Below the pieces are notes generated by a model that was not told the origin of the DNA, searched no databases, and saw only the letters and a list, made by a program, of their open reading frames with translations. The translations under genes were made by a program, and so were the position numbers. 64,000 nt of DNA from an uncultured Candidatus Saccharibacteria bacterium (GTDB lineage Bacteria; Patescibacteriota; Minisyncoccia; Minisyncoccales; JAGOPM01), in contig CAZQSQ010000002.1 of assembly GCA_964596325.1 (NCBI GenBank), positions 10,820-74,819 of the forward strand, read 5' to 3'. Positions 1 to 9,320 of this stretch are shown in pieces. Each line of letters starts with the position of its first letter. Position 1 is the stretch's first letter.

Positions 1-434
1 AAGAATTAGCGGCTTTTTCGGCTGATAAGCAGGTGGAGATATTTTTCGCCAAACACAATGGGAAGATCGTTTCCGGCGCGATTATTATTTACTGGCAAAA
101 AACCGCCTATTACCACCAAGGCGCCTCGGATAATTCCGGTACCCCGTCCAAGTCGGGCGCTTCCTATTTATTGCAATGGCAGATTATCAAACGCGCCAAA
201 GAGTTGGGGTGCACGGCTTATAATTTTTGGGGTATTGTCCCGCAAATGCGCCGCTTGGAAGATCTTAATAGCCGTAAATTTAAGAATCATCCTTGGTATG
301 GGTTATCCTTATTCAAAATGGGCTTTGGCGGAGGGTGCACTGAGTATATGCCCACGATGAATAAGCCGATCGGGGTTTTTAGCTGGCTATCTTTCCTTTA
401 TGAAAAGCTGGAACGAATTAAAAAAAGGTTATAA
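1..434 (+). CDS. FemAB-family peptidoglycan peptide-bridge aminoacyltransferase, C-terminal part; the 5' end lies outside the window
   Basis: The frame is open from position 3 with no stop. The C-terminal sequence (GIVPQ..FKMGFGG, YNFWGI) resembles the acyl-tRNA-dependent FemX/MurM family. Stop at 432-434. Confidence 0.55.
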   Translation, partial: ELAAFSADKQVEIFFAKHNGKIVSGAIIIYWQKTAYYHQGASDNSGTPSKSGASYLLQWQIIKRAKELGCTAYNFWGIVPQMRRLEDLNSRKFKNHPWYGLSLFKMGFGGGCTEYMPTMNKPIGVFSWLSFLYEKLERIKKRL

Positions 435-440
435 ATTACC

Positions 441-1355
441 GTGGCAAACGTAAAATTGCGCTCTAAACATAAAATCCGCAAACCCAAGCCTCTTTACGCG
501 ACGGCGGCCTTTCGGCTCGGCACGCTTAGTGTTATTTTATTGGTTGGCTCCATTTACTGCATTTTTTTCTTTGATTATTTTAAGATAAAAAATGTGAAAA
601 TCGAAGGTATCCAAAAAATTTCCGCCCAAGAGATACAAAACCAAGTTTGGGAAATTTTGAATGCCAAGGCCGCAATGCCGCAAAACGGAATATTCACCGT
701 TCCGGGCGCCCAAATAACCAAACAGCTGAAAGAACGTTTTCCGGCCGCCCAAAGCGTGTCGGTTGCAAAAAGTTTACCCGCGACAATCGTGATAAAAATC
801 ACGGAGCGGCAGCCTTTGGCCCTTTGGTGCCCCTGCGAAATCCCCAGCGACAGCCTTTTGCCTTCCTACACCTCCAGCACAGCCACCTCAAGCTTGGCTA
901 ATTTCAGCGATTTTCGAACCTTTTTCGCGAAACAGAACTGCCATACAGCGGATAATTTTGATTGCTATTTAGTGGATAAGGATGGCATTAAATTCGAAAA
1001 CTCTCACGAATTTCCGTTTCGGATTGTGGCAGCCAAAAATTCCGCCGCCCTTGGCCAGACGGCTATCGAGGGTAATATTTTGACAACTATTCTAAAGATC
1101 AAGGAAAAAATCAGCCAAAAAATATCGGCCAGCTGCGACCTCGCCTACATTTATTCTCCGGCTCAAATAAATTTTCGGCTTGACGGTTACTGGTGGGCGT
1201 ATTTCAACCCCAAAAAGGATATCGATTGGCAGATAAATGCCTTATCGGCTGTTTTGGAGAAAAAACTCAGCCAGCAAGAGAAGGAAAAACTCGAATACAT
1301 TGATTTGCGCTTCGAAAATATTTCCGTGGTCAGCAAGCCGGAAAACAACAAATAA
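441..1355 (+). CDS. ftsQ: Cell division protein FtsQ/DivIB-like (N-terminal TM helix plus POTRA-like region)
   Basis: N-terminal basic segment followed by a TM helix. A POTRA-like stretch (VKIEGIQKIS..ATIVIKITERQPLALW) is present. The gene sits next to a Fem-family gene. Confidence 0.6.
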   Translation: MANVKLRSKHKIRKPKPLYATAAFRLGTLSVILLVGSIYCIFFFDYFKIKNVKIEGIQKISAQEIQNQVWEILNAKAAMPQNGIFTVPGAQITKQLKERFPAAQSVSVAKSLPATIVIKITERQPLALWCPCEIPSDSLLPSYTSSTATSSLANFSDFRTFFAKQNCHTADNFDCYLVDKDGIKFENSHEFPFRIVAAKNSAALGQTAIEGNILTTILKIKEKISQKISASCDLAYIYSPAQINFRLDGYWWAYFNPKKDIDWQINALSAVLEKKLSQQEKEKLEYIDLRFENISVVSKPENNK

Positions 1356-1366
1356 GTTCAAATCAA

Positions 1367-1394
1367 ATCCCCGTCAATGAGCGGGGATTTTTGT
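1367..1394. terminator. Bidirectional intrinsic terminator hairpin (atccccg-N7-cggggat plus T run) between convergent ftsQ and the GT39 gene
   Basis: Perfect 7-bp GC-rich inverted repeat followed by ttttg; it lies between two convergent stop codons. Confidence 0.5.
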
Positions 1395-1395
1395 T

Positions 1396-3162
1396 TCAGT
1401 CTACCTTGAATAAATATATTGAACGGCCAATGATGGCTGCAGGTTTTACATTGCGCAACCAAGAATAGTAGAGGGCGTCATCGGGGTTATACTTTTTGAT
1501 TTCCGGCAAGGGGATGGCCGTGCCATTTTTATAATAAGTCGCGGAAATCGCAATCCAGCCTTTTTGCGGGCCGCTATAACGATCGATTTTGGTATAACCG
1601 GCGCCGAAAAAATATTGCGGGTCGCTGCCGCCCAAAAAATGCATTTTAATATTCCTAATCCCGTTTTCTTGGATGTAACGGTTTAGCTTATAAAAATCTT
1701 GGCCCCAATCAACATTAGAATCAACGACAAAATTGCGCCCATTTTCCATCGGCCCCACAAGCTCATTAAAGTAGGAAATGTAATCGGGATAAGCCCGCAA
1801 TGGCTGAATTGCATACCAGGCGATCAAAACCCAAAAAATCAAAACCGCCAAGGTTTTGCCGACCCGGTTCTGCGGAGAAAAATGTTTCCAAAAATAAATT
1901 GTGCCCTGGGCTATCAGGATCATCATAAAAGGTATGGCCGGCAAGAGGTGGCGGATACCGATATTGAGATTGCCAAAAACCGAAACCGCCCAATAAATCA
2001 AAATCCATAAAATCAGGGAAGTCATTTCGAAATTGGCTTTCAGGCGATTGAGAAGTTTTTTCTCTCCGGCCCGTTTCGCCCAGGCCCACAGGCCCAAGGC
2101 GGCAAAAACAAAAATTGCCAAAGGCGTTTTGATTGCGTAAACAACCGGAAAGTATTGCCACCAAGCCGTATTGTTTATTTGGCCCATGAAAAATGTCGTA
2201 TTGCCGAATATGGTCCGGTGTCCGGCCTTAAAAAATCCGATGAGATATATCCCCAGGGGCCGCAGAACCGGAATATTGAGAACTTGCAGCGCGATATTGC
2301 GATATAAGCTCATTTGCGGGCCCTCCAATAGGGTATTGGCATCGTAAACAAGCTTGGCGAGCGGCTCATTATAGGATTGGATATGATAAAGGGGGATAAT
2401 AATAAGAAAAACTGCAATCAAGCCGGCTGCCAAACAATAAAAAATATAACGAAAAACGGAAATCGCCGACTTGTCCTTTTTCCACGCATAGCAAATGGCT
2501 AAAAAACCTAAGAAGGGAATTAAAAGAACGGTCGAAAATTTGAAACAGAAGGCAATGCCCAATCCCAAGCCTGCCCAAATTATATTGCCCAGATTTGGCG
2601 CCCGGAACATTTGCAAAAAAAGCATTGTTGCTAAAACGATACCGAAAGTTGCGCCGATATCCGTGGTAACCAGTCTTCCGTGGGCCAAAAAATTCGGGCA
2701 AAAGGCATAAAAGAACAAAGAAAGCAGGGCAACCTTATTGCCGAAATACCGCCGGGCGAAAATAAAAATCACTAAACCTAGAAGTATCGTTAAGGCTATC
2801 ATGGGCAGGCGGGCCGCCAAAATAATGGCAAACGGATCATTGTCCGAGTGCCAGATGAATTGCGTGCCCGTGTCGTATTGTATCCACCACTCATTATTTT
2901 TGATGTCGGAGAATGCGGGATTATCTTTGGGCCAATGCAAATTCATGAACTGCAGGGGCAAAGCGGCTAAATCCTTGGCCAAGGGCGGGTGCTCGGGATT
3001 AATGCGGTAGTCTTTGAGCTTCAAATAAGAATAGCCGGCCGGAATATGCGCCAGTTCATCGTAGGTGAGGGCCGTATCCTTTAAGCTGAAAAACATCAAT
3101 GCCCCCATGGCGCAAAGCAAAAGAAAAGCAAACAAATTTGTCCACTTAGTATTAAGCTCCAT
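1396..3162 (-). CDS. Glycosyltransferase family 39/83 (ArnT/PMT-like) polytopic membrane protein
   Basis: 588 aa with many TM helices. The N-terminal motif DELAHIPAGYSY..NPEHPPLAK is typical of PMT_2/ArnT-type lipid-linked sugar transferases. Confidence 0.75.
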   Translation of the reverse strand: MELNTKWTNLFAFLLLCAMGALMFFSLKDTALTYDELAHIPAGYSYLKLKDYRINPEHPPLAKDLAALPLQFMNLHWPKDNPAFSDIKNNEWWIQYDTGTQFIWHSDNDPFAIILAARLPMIALTILLGLVIFIFARRYFGNKVALLSLFFYAFCPNFLAHGRLVTTDIGATFGIVLATMLFLQMFRAPNLGNIIWAGLGLGIAFCFKFSTVLLIPFLGFLAICYAWKKDKSAISVFRYIFYCLAAGLIAVFLIIIPLYHIQSYNEPLAKLVYDANTLLEGPQMSLYRNIALQVLNIPVLRPLGIYLIGFFKAGHRTIFGNTTFFMGQINNTAWWQYFPVVYAIKTPLAIFVFAALGLWAWAKRAGEKKLLNRLKANFEMTSLILWILIYWAVSVFGNLNIGIRHLLPAIPFMMILIAQGTIYFWKHFSPQNRVGKTLAVLIFWVLIAWYAIQPLRAYPDYISYFNELVGPMENGRNFVVDSNVDWGQDFYKLNRYIQENGIRNIKMHFLGGSDPQYFFGAGYTKIDRYSGPQKGWIAISATYYKNGTAIPLPEIKKYNPDDALYYSWLRNVKPAAIIGRSIYLFKVD

Positions 3163-3219
3163 ATGGCTTTATTATAGTGGACCGCCACAAACTTGCCCGA
3201 AAACTTTTCCACAACATGA

Positions 3220-3246
3220 TTAGCAGTCTAGGGTCTTGACTGCTAA
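3220..3246 (+). promoter_or_regulatory. CIRCE operator (HrcA binding site), TTAGCAGTC-N9-GACTGCTAA
   Basis: Perfect 9-bp inverted repeat with a 9-nt spacer, matching the CIRCE consensus TTAGCACTC-N9-GAGTGCTAA. It is immediately upstream of hrcA-grpE-dnaK-dnaJ. Confidence 0.85.
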
Positions 3247-3263
3247 TTTAGACGCGCTATAAT
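3235..3263 (+). promoter_or_regulatory. Sigma70-like promoter (TTGACT-16-TATAAT) overlapping the CIRCE right arm
   Basis: TTGACT at 3235-3240 and TATAAT at 3258-3263. The transcript would start a few nt before the hrcA start codon. Confidence 0.5.
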
Positions 3264-3275
3264 CCGAGAGTGAAT

Positions 3276-4055
3276 ATGACCACCAGACAAGAAAAAATCT
3301 TAAATGCGGTCATTAGGGAATATGTCAAAAGTGGCCAGCCCGTCGCTTCCTCTTCGCTGATCGGCAAGAGTAAGTTCGACCTAAGCCCGGCCACTATGCG
3401 TTTGGAATTCAACGCTTTGGAAAATGAGGGGATGCTTTTTCAGCCCTATGTTTCAGCGGGCAGCATTCCCACGGATAAGGCTTATCGCTTATTCGTAAAT
3501 AAATTATTGGACAAGGGCGAGGAGCCCCAGATCGTCTCCGCTCCGGCCAGGCGGCTTGGCCAAGAATTGGAATCATATGAGCATGAGGACGACTTCACCA
3601 AATACATGCAGGAATCAGCCCGGCGCCTAGCCCACATGACCTCCTCTTTGGCTTTAGCCTATTTGACCGAAGACGATTTGATTTTGCGGGAAGGCTGGGA
3701 AGAAATAATAAAGATGCACGAATTCGAACAGGCCAATTCCATCCGTAATCTAATCTCGACAATAAGCAAACTCGAGACGCAAATGGATGAATTCGAGGCC
3801 AGTATCGAGGAAATCAGCCCAACGCAAAACGATATTATGGTTTTTATCGGCAAGGAAATAAACCATAGTGGCGCCGCGGATTTCAGCTTGATAATTTCGC
3901 GCTGCCAAAGCCCGGACTGTTCCAAAAAAGGGCTAATCGCCCTTATCGGGCCCAAAAGAATGGAATACGGAAAAAATATCGAATTGTTAAGGACGGCTAA
4001 AAAAGCCATTGAAAAAAAGAAAAAAAATGACCGAAAAAAATCCCAAACACGCTAA
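3276..4055 (+). CDS. hrcA: Heat-inducible transcription repressor HrcA
   Basis: N-terminal winged-helix region with RQEKILNAVIREYVKSGQPVASSSL and GSIPTDKAYR motifs characteristic of HrcA. First gene of a dnaK operon preceded by CIRCE. A GTG at 3270 is an alternative start. Confidence 0.88.
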   Translation: MTTRQEKILNAVIREYVKSGQPVASSSLIGKSKFDLSPATMRLEFNALENEGMLFQPYVSAGSIPTDKAYRLFVNKLLDKGEEPQIVSAPARRLGQELESYEHEDDFTKYMQESARRLAHMTSSLALAYLTEDDLILREGWEEIIKMHEFEQANSIRNLISTISKLETQMDEFEASIEEISPTQNDIMVFIGKEINHSGAADFSLIISRCQSPDCSKKGLIALIGPKRMEYGKNIELLRTAKKAIEKKKKNDRKKSQTR

Positions 4056-4563
4056 ATGCAGCTGCGAAGATCTAAAAACGCAACTGGAAAAAGCCGAGGC
4101 GAAATTGCAAGAGGCATCCGCCCAAAGCGAAGCATTCAAAAGTAACTGGCAGAGAGAGCGCGCCGATTTTCTGAACTATAAAAAAGAAGAAGGCGAACGG
4201 CTTAAACAAATGCGCCAATACGCGCTTGAATCATTGCTAGAACGTTTGCTGCCCGCCCTTGATTCGTTTGACATGGCTAAAAGCCATTTAAGCGAGGCTC
4301 AGTTTAAGGAGGCGGGCACACAGGGGCTCCTGATGACGGGCAAAATGATTGTAGAGGCTTTCAAGAGTATGGGGGTGGAGCCGATAAGTTATCTGGGGCA
4401 GCAATATGATCCGGTGGAATGCGAAGTGATAGAAGAGGTAGAAAATACCGATACAGCACCCGGGACAGTGGTTGAAGAAACGCAAGCAGGTTACAAAACC
4501 AAAGAAAGGCTATTGCGGCCTTGTAAAGTAAAAATCGCAAAGCAGTCCCGTGAAGTCGAATAA
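4027..4563 (+). CDS. grpE: Nucleotide exchange factor GrpE
   Basis: Coiled-coil N-terminus followed by a GrpE-type C-terminal domain. Located between hrcA and dnaK. The start is ambiguous: ATG at 4009 overlaps the hrcA 3' end, ATG at 4027 does not. Confidence 0.82.
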   Translation: MTEKNPKHAKCSCEDLKTQLEKAEAKLQEASAQSEAFKSNWQRERADFLNYKKEEGERLKQMRQYALESLLERLLPALDSFDMAKSHLSEAQFKEAGTQGLLMTGKMIVEAFKSMGVEPISYLGQQYDPVECEVIEEVENTDTAPGTVVEETQAGYKTKERLLRPCKVKIAKQSREVE

Positions 4564-4604
4564 CGATTTCTATACGGGATTCTAAAAACTAAAATAAAAA
4601 TTAT

Positions 4605-6545
4605 ATGGCAAAAATACTTGGAATCGATTTAGGTACCACAATCACCAAAATGGCCACTATTCAAAACGGTGAGCCGAAATGCTTAGAATCACACGAAGGC
4701 AATGTTTTGGTGCCTTCTTATGTGGCTTTGAATAAAAATAACGAAAGATTAGTTGGAATCTTGGCTTACCGCCAAGCAGTTACAAATCCGAAAAATACCA
4801 TTCATGCCGTTAAGCGGTTTATCGGCCGCAAATACAGCGACCCCGAAGTGCAGGAACAGCTTAAAAAACTCTCTTACGAAACCCGCCAAAGTTCTGACGG
4901 CGGCGTAGAAGTGAAAATGGGCGAAAAGTGGTATTCGCCGGTGGAGATTTCCTCCATGATTTTGCAAAAAATCAAAATGGACGCTGAGGAAAAACTTGGC
5001 GAAAAAGTTGAAAATGTTGTCATAACCTGCCCAGCAAACTTTGATGATTCACAGCGCAAAGCCACCAAGGCTGCAGGTGAAATTGCCGGCTTCAATGTTC
5101 TAAAAGTCATCAACGAGCCGACGGCCGCCTCTTTAGCCTATGGCTTGGGTAAAAAACAAAACCAAAAAGTTCTGGTTTATGATTACGGCGGTGGAACTTT
5201 TGACGTAACCATCCTTAATGTCACCCCTGAGGTTGTCGAAGTTATCGCCACTGGCGGTGAAGCGCATTTGGGCGGAAATGATTTTGACCAGGCCATTATG
5301 GATTGGATGATTAATGAATTTAAGAAGGAACAGGGAATTGATCTCTCCAAAGACTCTTTGGCTTTGCAACGCTTAAAAGAAGCGGCGGAAAAAGCTAAAA
5401 TTGAACTCTCCTCGGCTATGGAGACCGAGATTAATTTGCCATTTGTGACTAGCGGCAGCGATGGCCCCAAACACCTGAATTACAAAATTTCCCGAGCAAA
5501 ATTCAATGAAATCACCAGGCATCTGGTTGAGCGTTCTATTGAAAGATGCAAAAAAACCATTGAAGAGGCGGTCAATAAAAAAGACGAGCCGAAATTGGCC
5601 AACCAATCCAATATTGATGAAATTGTTTTTGTCGGTGGGACTACTTTAATCCCGGCTATCAAAGATGCGGTCAAAGCCGCCTTTGGCAAGGAGCCGAATA
5701 AAACCCTTAACCCAGAGGAAGTTGTGGCCATTGGCGCCTCCATCCAAGCGGAAATTTTAACCGCGGCCAAGGAGGGCCGGGCTCCGGAGGGCGATATTAA
5801 AAGCGTTTTACTGTTGGATGTTTTGCCGCTTTCCTTGGGCATTGAAACTATGGGCGGAGTTAATACAGTTATGATATCGAAAAATACAACCATTCCGACT
5901 TCCAAGAGCCAAATATTCTCCACGGCCGCCGACAGCCAGCCCTCAGTGGAAATTAATGTTTTGCAGGGCGAGCGCGCCATGAGCCACGATAATCGTTCCT
6001 TGGGCCGCTTTATGCTTGATGGAATCTTGCCCGCCCCCCGTGGCGTGCCTCAAATCGAAGTGAATTTTGATGTTGATGCTAGCGGTATCGTGACAGTTTC
6101 GGCCAAAGATAAGGGCACGGGTAAAGCCCAATCCATAAAAATCACCGGCAATGTGGGCATTTCCAAAGAGGAAATTGAAAAAATGAAAAAAGAGGCCGAG
6201 CTGCATGCCGAAGAGGACAAAAATAAACGCGAGGCCATTGAGATCAAAAACCAAGCCGAACAGCTGATTTATCTCAACGAAAAAACCCTTAAAGAAAATG
6301 GCGATAAGGTGCCAGCCGAGATAAAAAAGGAAGTGGAGGAAAAAATAGAAAATCTCAAAAAAGTCAAAGACGGCACGGATAGCGCAGCCATTAAAAAGGC
6401 CAGCGATGAGCTGATGGTTTCAATGCAAAAAATCGGCCAAGCGGTTTATCAGGCCCAGCAGCAAACGCAACAAGCCCAAGGCAATCCTGAAAACCAGCAA
6501 CAAAATCCCAATAATGCCCAAGAAGGGGAAGTAAAGGAAAAGTAA
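4605..6545 (+). CDS. dnaK: Chaperone DnaK (Hsp70)
   Basis: Begins MAKILGIDLGTT, carries the DYGGGTFDV signature and an acidic/Gln-rich C-terminal lid. 646 aa. Confidence 0.97.
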   Translation: MAKILGIDLGTTITKMATIQNGEPKCLESHEGNVLVPSYVALNKNNERLVGILAYRQAVTNPKNTIHAVKRFIGRKYSDPEVQEQLKKLSYETRQSSDGGVEVKMGEKWYSPVEISSMILQKIKMDAEEKLGEKVENVVITCPANFDDSQRKATKAAGEIAGFNVLKVINEPTAASLAYGLGKKQNQKVLVYDYGGGTFDVTILNVTPEVVEVIATGGEAHLGGNDFDQAIMDWMINEFKKEQGIDLSKDSLALQRLKEAAEKAKIELSSAMETEINLPFVTSGSDGPKHLNYKISRAKFNEITRHLVERSIERCKKTIEEAVNKKDEPKLANQSNIDEIVFVGGTTLIPAIKDAVKAAFGKEPNKTLNPEEVVAIGASIQAEILTAAKEGRAPEGDIKSVLLLDVLPLSLGIETMGGVNTVMISKNTTIPTSKSQIFSTAADSQPSVEINVLQGERAMSHDNRSLGRFMLDGILPAPRGVPQIEVNFDVDASGIVTVSAKDKGTGKAQSIKITGNVGISKEEIEKMKKEAELHAEEDKNKREAIEIKNQAEQLIYLNEKTLKENGDKVPAEIKKEVEEKIENLKKVKDGTDSAAIKKASDELMVSMQKIGQAVYQAQQQTQQAQGNPENQQQNPNNAQEGEVKEK

Positions 6546-6592
6546 GATACGAAATATCTAACTTCTAATAACTAATGCCTAATTACTAATTT

Positions 6593-7651
6593 GTGTCGAA
6601 GGACTACTACAATATTTTGGGAGTGAGTAAGACTGCCTCGCAAGACGAAATTAAGAAAGCCTATTATAATCTCGCTCACCAGCACCATCCGGATAAGGGC
6701 GGCAGCGCGGAAAAATTCAAAGAAATACACGAAGCGTATCAGGTGCTTTCTGATCCGCAGAAACGCGCCACCTATGATCAGTATGGCGAAATTCCCCAAA
6801 ATCAGGGCTTTGGCGGTTGGGGCCAGGGCGGTTTTACGGAAACTGATTTTGACTTCGGGGGCTTTGGAGATATTTTCGAAGAGTTCTTTGGCGGATATGC
6901 CGGCAATCAAAGAGGCGGCCGCCGCGGATCCGACATCCAAGCCGATTTTGAGCTCACATTAGAGGAGGCATTTTATCCCCAGCATAAAGCCATAAAAGTA
7001 GAAAAGGTTTCCGCTTGCCCCAAGTGTTCGGGCAGCGGGGCTGACCCGGCTTTTGGCATGGAGAGATGCTCAACTTGCGGCGGTTCGGGCGTAGCCCAGA
7101 AAGTTATCCGCACGCCATTTGGCAATGCGGCAACCAGAATTACTTGCCCGGAGTGCCATGGCCAAGGGCAAAAGCCTAAGAAAAAATGCTCTGAATGCCG
7201 CGGGGAAGGCAATGTGCGCCGCACCGAAACAATCGAATTTGATATTCCCGGAGGTATTGATTCCAATAATGTCATAACAATTCGGGGTAAGGGCAATGCC
7301 GGCAAACAAGGCGCCCCGGCCGGAGATTTCCATGCTAGAATTTTTGTTAAACCCAACCCGAATTTCCGCCGGCAAAACGCCGACCTCTATTCGACTATTG
7401 CGATCCCGATGACCAAGGCTGCTCTAGGGGGTGATGCGGAAATCAAAACAATCGAAGGGAAAAATTTATTGTTAAAAATCCCTACCGGCACGCAGCCCGG
7501 AAAAGTGTTCAAAATTTCCGAACGCGGCATGCCAAAATTGCGCGGCAATGGCCGGGGGGATCTCTATGTGGAAGTTGTAGTTAAGGTGCCGACCAAGCTG
7601 TCTAAAGATCAAAAACGGTTATTGGAAGAAATGGCTCTGGAGGAATTGTAA
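6593..7651 (+). CDS. dnaJ: Co-chaperone DnaJ (J domain, G/F region, four CxxCxGxG zinc-finger repeats)
   Basis: HPD motif (HQHHPDKGG), a Gly/Phe-rich linker and four CxxC(x)G motifs. The start is probably GTG. Confidence 0.95.
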   Translation: MSKDYYNILGVSKTASQDEIKKAYYNLAHQHHPDKGGSAEKFKEIHEAYQVLSDPQKRATYDQYGEIPQNQGFGGWGQGGFTETDFDFGGFGDIFEEFFGGYAGNQRGGRRGSDIQADFELTLEEAFYPQHKAIKVEKVSACPKCSGSGADPAFGMERCSTCGGSGVAQKVIRTPFGNAATRITCPECHGQGQKPKKKCSECRGEGNVRRTETIEFDIPGGIDSNNVITIRGKGNAGKQGAPAGDFHARIFVKPNPNFRRQNADLYSTIAIPMTKAALGGDAEIKTIEGKNLLLKIPTGTQPGKVFKISERGMPKLRGNGRGDLYVEVVVKVPTKLSKDQKRLLEEMALEEL

Positions 7652-7710
7652 GATTATTCTCTTGACTGTATAATCTCGGACTGCGTCTTCTCCTTCTGGG
7701 CAAACAAAAA

Positions 7711-7738
7711 AACCGCAAAATGCGGTTGTTTTGTTTGG
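7711..7738 (+). terminator. Intrinsic terminator after dnaJ (aaccgca-aaa-tgcggtt plus gttttgtttgg)
   Basis: 7-bp perfect stem with a T-rich tail about 60 nt after the dnaJ stop. Confidence 0.6.
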
Positions 7739-7838
7739 TGCCCCCGGAAGGGCCACTTCGTGGCATACAAGAAGTTCTAAAGCTCATTTCATTCGCTTTG
7801 AACTTCTAATAAATCGTCCCATCTGCTCGGGTCCTTTT
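7736..7838 (-). other. tRNA-like 3'-end fragment / unassigned structured RNA. On the minus strand it ends ...CCTTCCGGGGGCA-CCA, sharing 14 nt with the tRNA-Lys 3' end
   Basis: The last 14 nt before an encoded CCA are identical to the T-stem-3' plus acceptor-3' strands of the adjacent tRNA-Lys. No T-loop or acceptor 5' strand could be folded. An internal 13-bp hairpin (AGAAGTTC..GAACTTCT) and a GCCAC-GAAG-GTGGC hairpin are present. The plus strand ends in a T6 run. Confidence 0.3.
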
Positions 7839-7849
7839 TTCTTCCGAAT

Positions 7850-7882
7850 ATATAAAAAAGACGGAAAAATCCGTCTTTTTTA
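7850..7882. terminator. Hairpin with flanking A/T runs (aaaaagacgga-aaaa-tccgtcttttt) between tRNA-Lys and the tRNA-like fragment
   Basis: Perfect 7-bp inverted repeat flanked by A6 on one side and T6 on the other, so it could terminate in either direction. Confidence 0.5.
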
Positions 7883-7886
7883 TATG

Positions 7887-7957
7887 TGCCCCCGGAAGGA
7901 ATCGGACCCTCGTCAACGGCTTAAAAGGCCGCTGCTCTACCATTGAGCTACGGGGGC
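7887..7957 (-). tRNA. tRNA-Lys (anticodon TTT), CCA not encoded
   Basis: The reverse complement GCCCCCGTAGCTCAATGGTAGAGCAGCGGCCTTTTAAGCCGTTGACGAGGGTCCGATTCCTTCCGGGGGCA folds as a cloverleaf: 7-bp acceptor stem GCCCCCG/CGGGGGC, D arm GCTC/GAGC, anticodon stem GCGGC/GCCGT with loop CTTTTAA, T arm GAGGG/CCTTC. The T-loop TCCGATT is slightly atypical (C at position 55). Confidence 0.85.
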
Positions 7958-7971
7958 TAAACAACTTTTGT

Positions 7972-8000
7972 ATTTTATTATAAATCAGCAAAAATGTCAA
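7972..8000 (-). promoter_or_regulatory. Sigma70-like promoter for tRNA-Lys (TTGACA-17-TAAAAT on the minus strand)
   Basis: On the minus strand, TTGACA (plus 7995-8000) and TAAAAT (plus 7972-7977) lie about 15 nt upstream of the tRNA 5' end. Confidence 0.4.
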
Positions 8001-8094
8001 CGTATTAGGCGTGTGGATACGTATGATTTTCGTTATATTGCACATTAATACCAATTTGTTAAAATGGCCTAGGTGATAAAGCCTGTTTTATTTT

Positions 8095-9297
8095 ATGGAT
8101 CAGAATACAAAAAATAATCTCCGGAAGTGGTTGACCGTTATTGCCATAATCGGTTTGGCCTTTTGGGGCGGAATGAAATTCCAACAATATCAAAACCCGC
8201 CGCCGAGCAAAATGCCCGTGGATGCGGATTTTTCTATTGTCTGGGATGTTTGGAATCAGTTAGAAAATAAATATGTCGGCAGCTTGGATAAAGAAAAAAT
8301 GGTTTATGGAGCGGCTAAGGGCTTAACTGCCGCCTTAGAAGACCCTTACACGGTCTTTTTGGAACCAGAGATGGCCAAAGCCCTCAATGAAGATATCTCC
8401 GGAAAATTTGAAGGAGTTGGTATGGTTTTGGATGTCAAAGACAGCCAACTGGTCGTGGTTTCGCCGATTAAGGGCACGCCAGCCTATAAAGCCGGGGTCA
8501 AAGCCGGAGACAAAATCCTTAAAATCAATGGCACCTCCACCCAGGATATCCAGCTTGATCAAGCTGTTAAATTTATCCGCGGGCCCAAGGGAACTAAGAT
8601 TACGATAACGATTTTGCGCGGCGCCCTGGATGCCAAAAACATCAAGGAGATTGAGCTTACCCGCGATGTAATCAATGTGCCCTCGGTAGAGCTGGAATAT
8701 AAGAAAAATAAAAATAATGAGGAGATTGCCGTTATTAAAGTTACCCAGTTCCAAGACAATACCGTGCAGGAATTTGAAAAAATTCTGCAAGAGGTAATGC
8801 TTAAAAAATCAAAAAGAATTATCATTGATTTGCGCAATAACCCCGGTGGGCTTTTAGACCAAGCCCAAGCCGTCGCGCAATACTTCCTCAAATCTGGCGA
8901 TCCGATTGTTTACGAGGGCAATAGCAAAATAATGCCCGAAGTCCCATATATATCGCAGATTGATGGCCCGTTCCGCGGTTATCCGTTGGTTGTTTTAATT
9001 AACCAAGGCTCGGCCTCGGGCGCTGAAATTTTGGCCGCGGCTTTAAGTGAAAATGGTGCTGCCAAATTGGTTGGCGAAAATTCCTTTGGCAAAGGCTCGG
9101 TGCAGCTGCCCCAAATGCTACGCAGCAAAAGCATGCTCAAAGTCACTATCGCGCAATGGATGACCCCCAAGCGCAACATCATCGACAAAAAAGGAATCAA
9201 ACCCGATATCGAGGTAAAGATTACCGAGGAAGACGTTAAAAATGAGAAAGACCCCCAGATGGAAAAAGCTATTGAAATTGTTTCGGAAATGCAATAA
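8095..9297 (+). CDS. ctpA: Carboxyl-terminal processing protease (peptidase S41, Ctp/Prc family) with a PDZ domain
   Basis: N-terminal TM anchor, a PDZ-like region (GVKAGDKILKINGTST) and an S41 catalytic region (GSASGAEILAAAL..GKGSVQ). Confidence 0.85.
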   Translation: MDQNTKNNLRKWLTVIAIIGLAFWGGMKFQQYQNPPPSKMPVDADFSIVWDVWNQLENKYVGSLDKEKMVYGAAKGLTAALEDPYTVFLEPEMAKALNEDISGKFEGVGMVLDVKDSQLVVVSPIKGTPAYKAGVKAGDKILKINGTSTQDIQLDQAVKFIRGPKGTKITITILRGALDAKNIKEIELTRDVINVPSVELEYKKNKNNEEIAVIKVTQFQDNTVQEFEKILQEVMLKKSKRIIIDLRNNPGGLLDQAQAVAQYFLKSGDPIVYEGNSKIMPEVPYISQIDGPFRGYPLVVLINQGSASGAEILAAALSENGAAKLVGENSFGKGSVQLPQMLRSKSMLKVTIAQWMTPKRNIIDKKGIKPDIEVKITEEDVKNEKDPQMEKAIEIVSEMQ

Positions 9298-9320
9298 AAT
9301 AGGCATTAGAAATCAAAACT

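Noticed and set aside
7736-7838. Possible small SRP (4.5S) RNA or tmRNA
   Set aside because: The GGAA tetraloop-like CCCGGAAGGG resembles SRP domain IV only superficially, and the conserved AAGCAGCCA strand is absent. There is no tmRNA T-loop or resume codon, and the length is too short for tmRNA. It is kept only as an unassigned tRNA-like fragment.
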